A stretch of DNA of 64,000 nucleotides from assembly GCA_951406725.2 (NCBI GenBank), contig OX597818.1, positions 19,902,001-19,966,000 on the forward strand, read 5' to 3'. The notes under the pieces were generated by a model, which was given only the letters and a program-made list of their open reading frames with translations, made no database searches and was not told the origin of the DNA. Made by a program: the position numbers and the translations under genes. This document shows, piece by piece, positions 62,444 through 64,000 of this stretch. How positions within the stretch are numbered: position 1 is the first letter of the stretch; each line of letters begins with the position of its first letter. The DNA comes from Octopus vulgaris. Its lineage: Eukaryota.

Positions 62444-62985
62444 GTCTGTGTGTCAATATATTTTAGAGCTATAATTGTTTGGGAAATAACATGAAGTTAA
62501 AATTAGAAAAATTATGTCATAGAAGTGTTATTTAGCCTCAACACATAGTTTGCTCCTATATAAAAAGTGAAATTTTTCCAAATTTTTTCATATTTTCTGT
62601 GCTATGAAAGCCCTTTCAACTGAGAAAAAAAACTTCATATGTCAATTGAAGGGTCTGTCTCTAGTCTCTATCAGATTCCTCTTCTTTTCATGGCAATAGA
62701 ATTTGTCCTAACTTTTAACTTTATCACAGTAAATGCTAACATGAACATGCTTTGTGACAGTGTCCACATATTTCTTGGATGACATTATTAACTATTCATT
62801 CCCAACCCATCCTTGAGGAAACTGCGGCAGATAACTACTTTTAGTGCTGATGGTCACTTCTGTTGATTTCAAAGTATGAATGTTCGGAGGAAAGGGTTAA
62901 ATGAAGAAAAAAAAAACAGAAAGAAGGTGGGATAAGATTGAAAATAAAAGAAGTTGCATCTGTTAGCAATGGGTGTATAAATGTA

Positions 62986-63051
62986 ACTTGAGTCCAGGTA
63001 TGAAGTAATTTGAGTCCAGGTATGAAGTAGTTTGAGTCCAAGTGTGAAGTC
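62986..63051. repeat. Three-copy 22-bp minisatellite
   Basis: TTGAGTCCAGGTATGAAGT core repeated three times. Confidence 0.8.
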
Positions 63052-64000
63052 ACAATAGGAACACTGATGATTTTGATTTTGCCTGGAATTGAACAAATTT
63101 GTCTGTTGATTGCAGGATATAACTCTTTTATTGTTCTGTTTCTTCAACTGAAAAATTGTTTTATGGCATCATGTCACATTTTATGCCATGCAGACCAGTC
63201 GAGGCAATGACTTTCCCAAGATGTCAAATTAAGCTCTAGAGATTTTAGTGATTGCTTCAAGTTAGCCTTATACCTAACAATGGGTCTTTCTTTACTGCAA
63301 TATCCCTGTACTTGTTGGCCATACAAAAGAATTTTTTTAGAACATGATCATTTTTCCTTCAAACAGGATGTCTACCTGTCTGCTCTGAATTCTCAACAGC
63401 ATGCTTTTGATAACAGAGGTATCACATTTTACTAAAATTTTGAAATTTGATATCACATCCTGTCATTTTATGTTACAGATATTGTGCAGACAGCACATGT
63501 GAAAGGTTTCAAGTTTCTTTATCTATCTGTAGTAAGGAGTTCCTGCTTCTTCCCTCATACAAAGAAAAAAATTTCTGAGACTATTAGTAATATTAATAGT
63601 AGTATTTCATGCATAAATAGGGTCAGGCATGACTGTTGGTAAGAAACTCACTTTGCAACTACATGGTTCTAGGTTCAAGTCTTGGGCCAATCAAAGCTTT
63701 GTGAGCAGATTTGATAGACGGAAACAGGAAGAAGCCCATGCATGCACGTTTGTGTGTGCTTGTGCGCGCGTGCATGTGTGTGTGAGTGTTTGTGCTTGTC
63801 TCCCACCACCACTTCACAACCAGCGATTGTGTGTTTATATCCCCATAACTTAGCAGTTTGGCAAACTGAGATTCATAGAATACATGCCAAGCTTATAAAA
63901 AATAAGTACTGGAGTCGATTCGTTCAACTAAAAGTTCTTCAAAGTGGTACTCCAGCATGGCCACAGTCTAACAACTGAAACAAGTAGGAGATAAAAAATA

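Overview
AT-rich, repeat-dense eukaryotic DNA. The SINE, RTE and microsatellite content and a single-exon tandem C2H2 gene point to a coleoid cephalopod, most likely Octopus (inferred, not searched). Three host genes can be reconstructed. (1) A minus-strand gene, not assembled by the ORF track, with a signal peptide and an atypical Ig-like domain (coding exons 13108-13072, 10215-10174, 2274-2026); it runs off the left edge. (2) A minus-strand C2H2 zinc-finger gene with 18 fingers (27250-25481) and an unusual N-terminal CxxC-x25-CxxC motif. (3) A complete 7-exon plus-strand nicolin-1 (NICN1) orthologue (40069-51960, 222 aa), with an RFX X-box-like motif over its start codon. An inverted paralog of the Ig-gene signal-peptide exon lies at 62.3 kb with AT in place of the GT donor. 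The rest is transposon debris: mariner DD34D and DD37D elements, RTE, CR1, Dong/R4 and Penelope-like retroelements, three SINE families, and Helitron/MITE-like elements. There is also a tRNA-Pro pseudogene fused to an RTE tail, five minimal hammerhead-like motifs, an interstitial telomeric array inside a foldback element, and several inverted repeats. Most short ORFs in the track are repeat artefacts. Family assignments rest on recalled motifs, and repeat boundaries are approximate.
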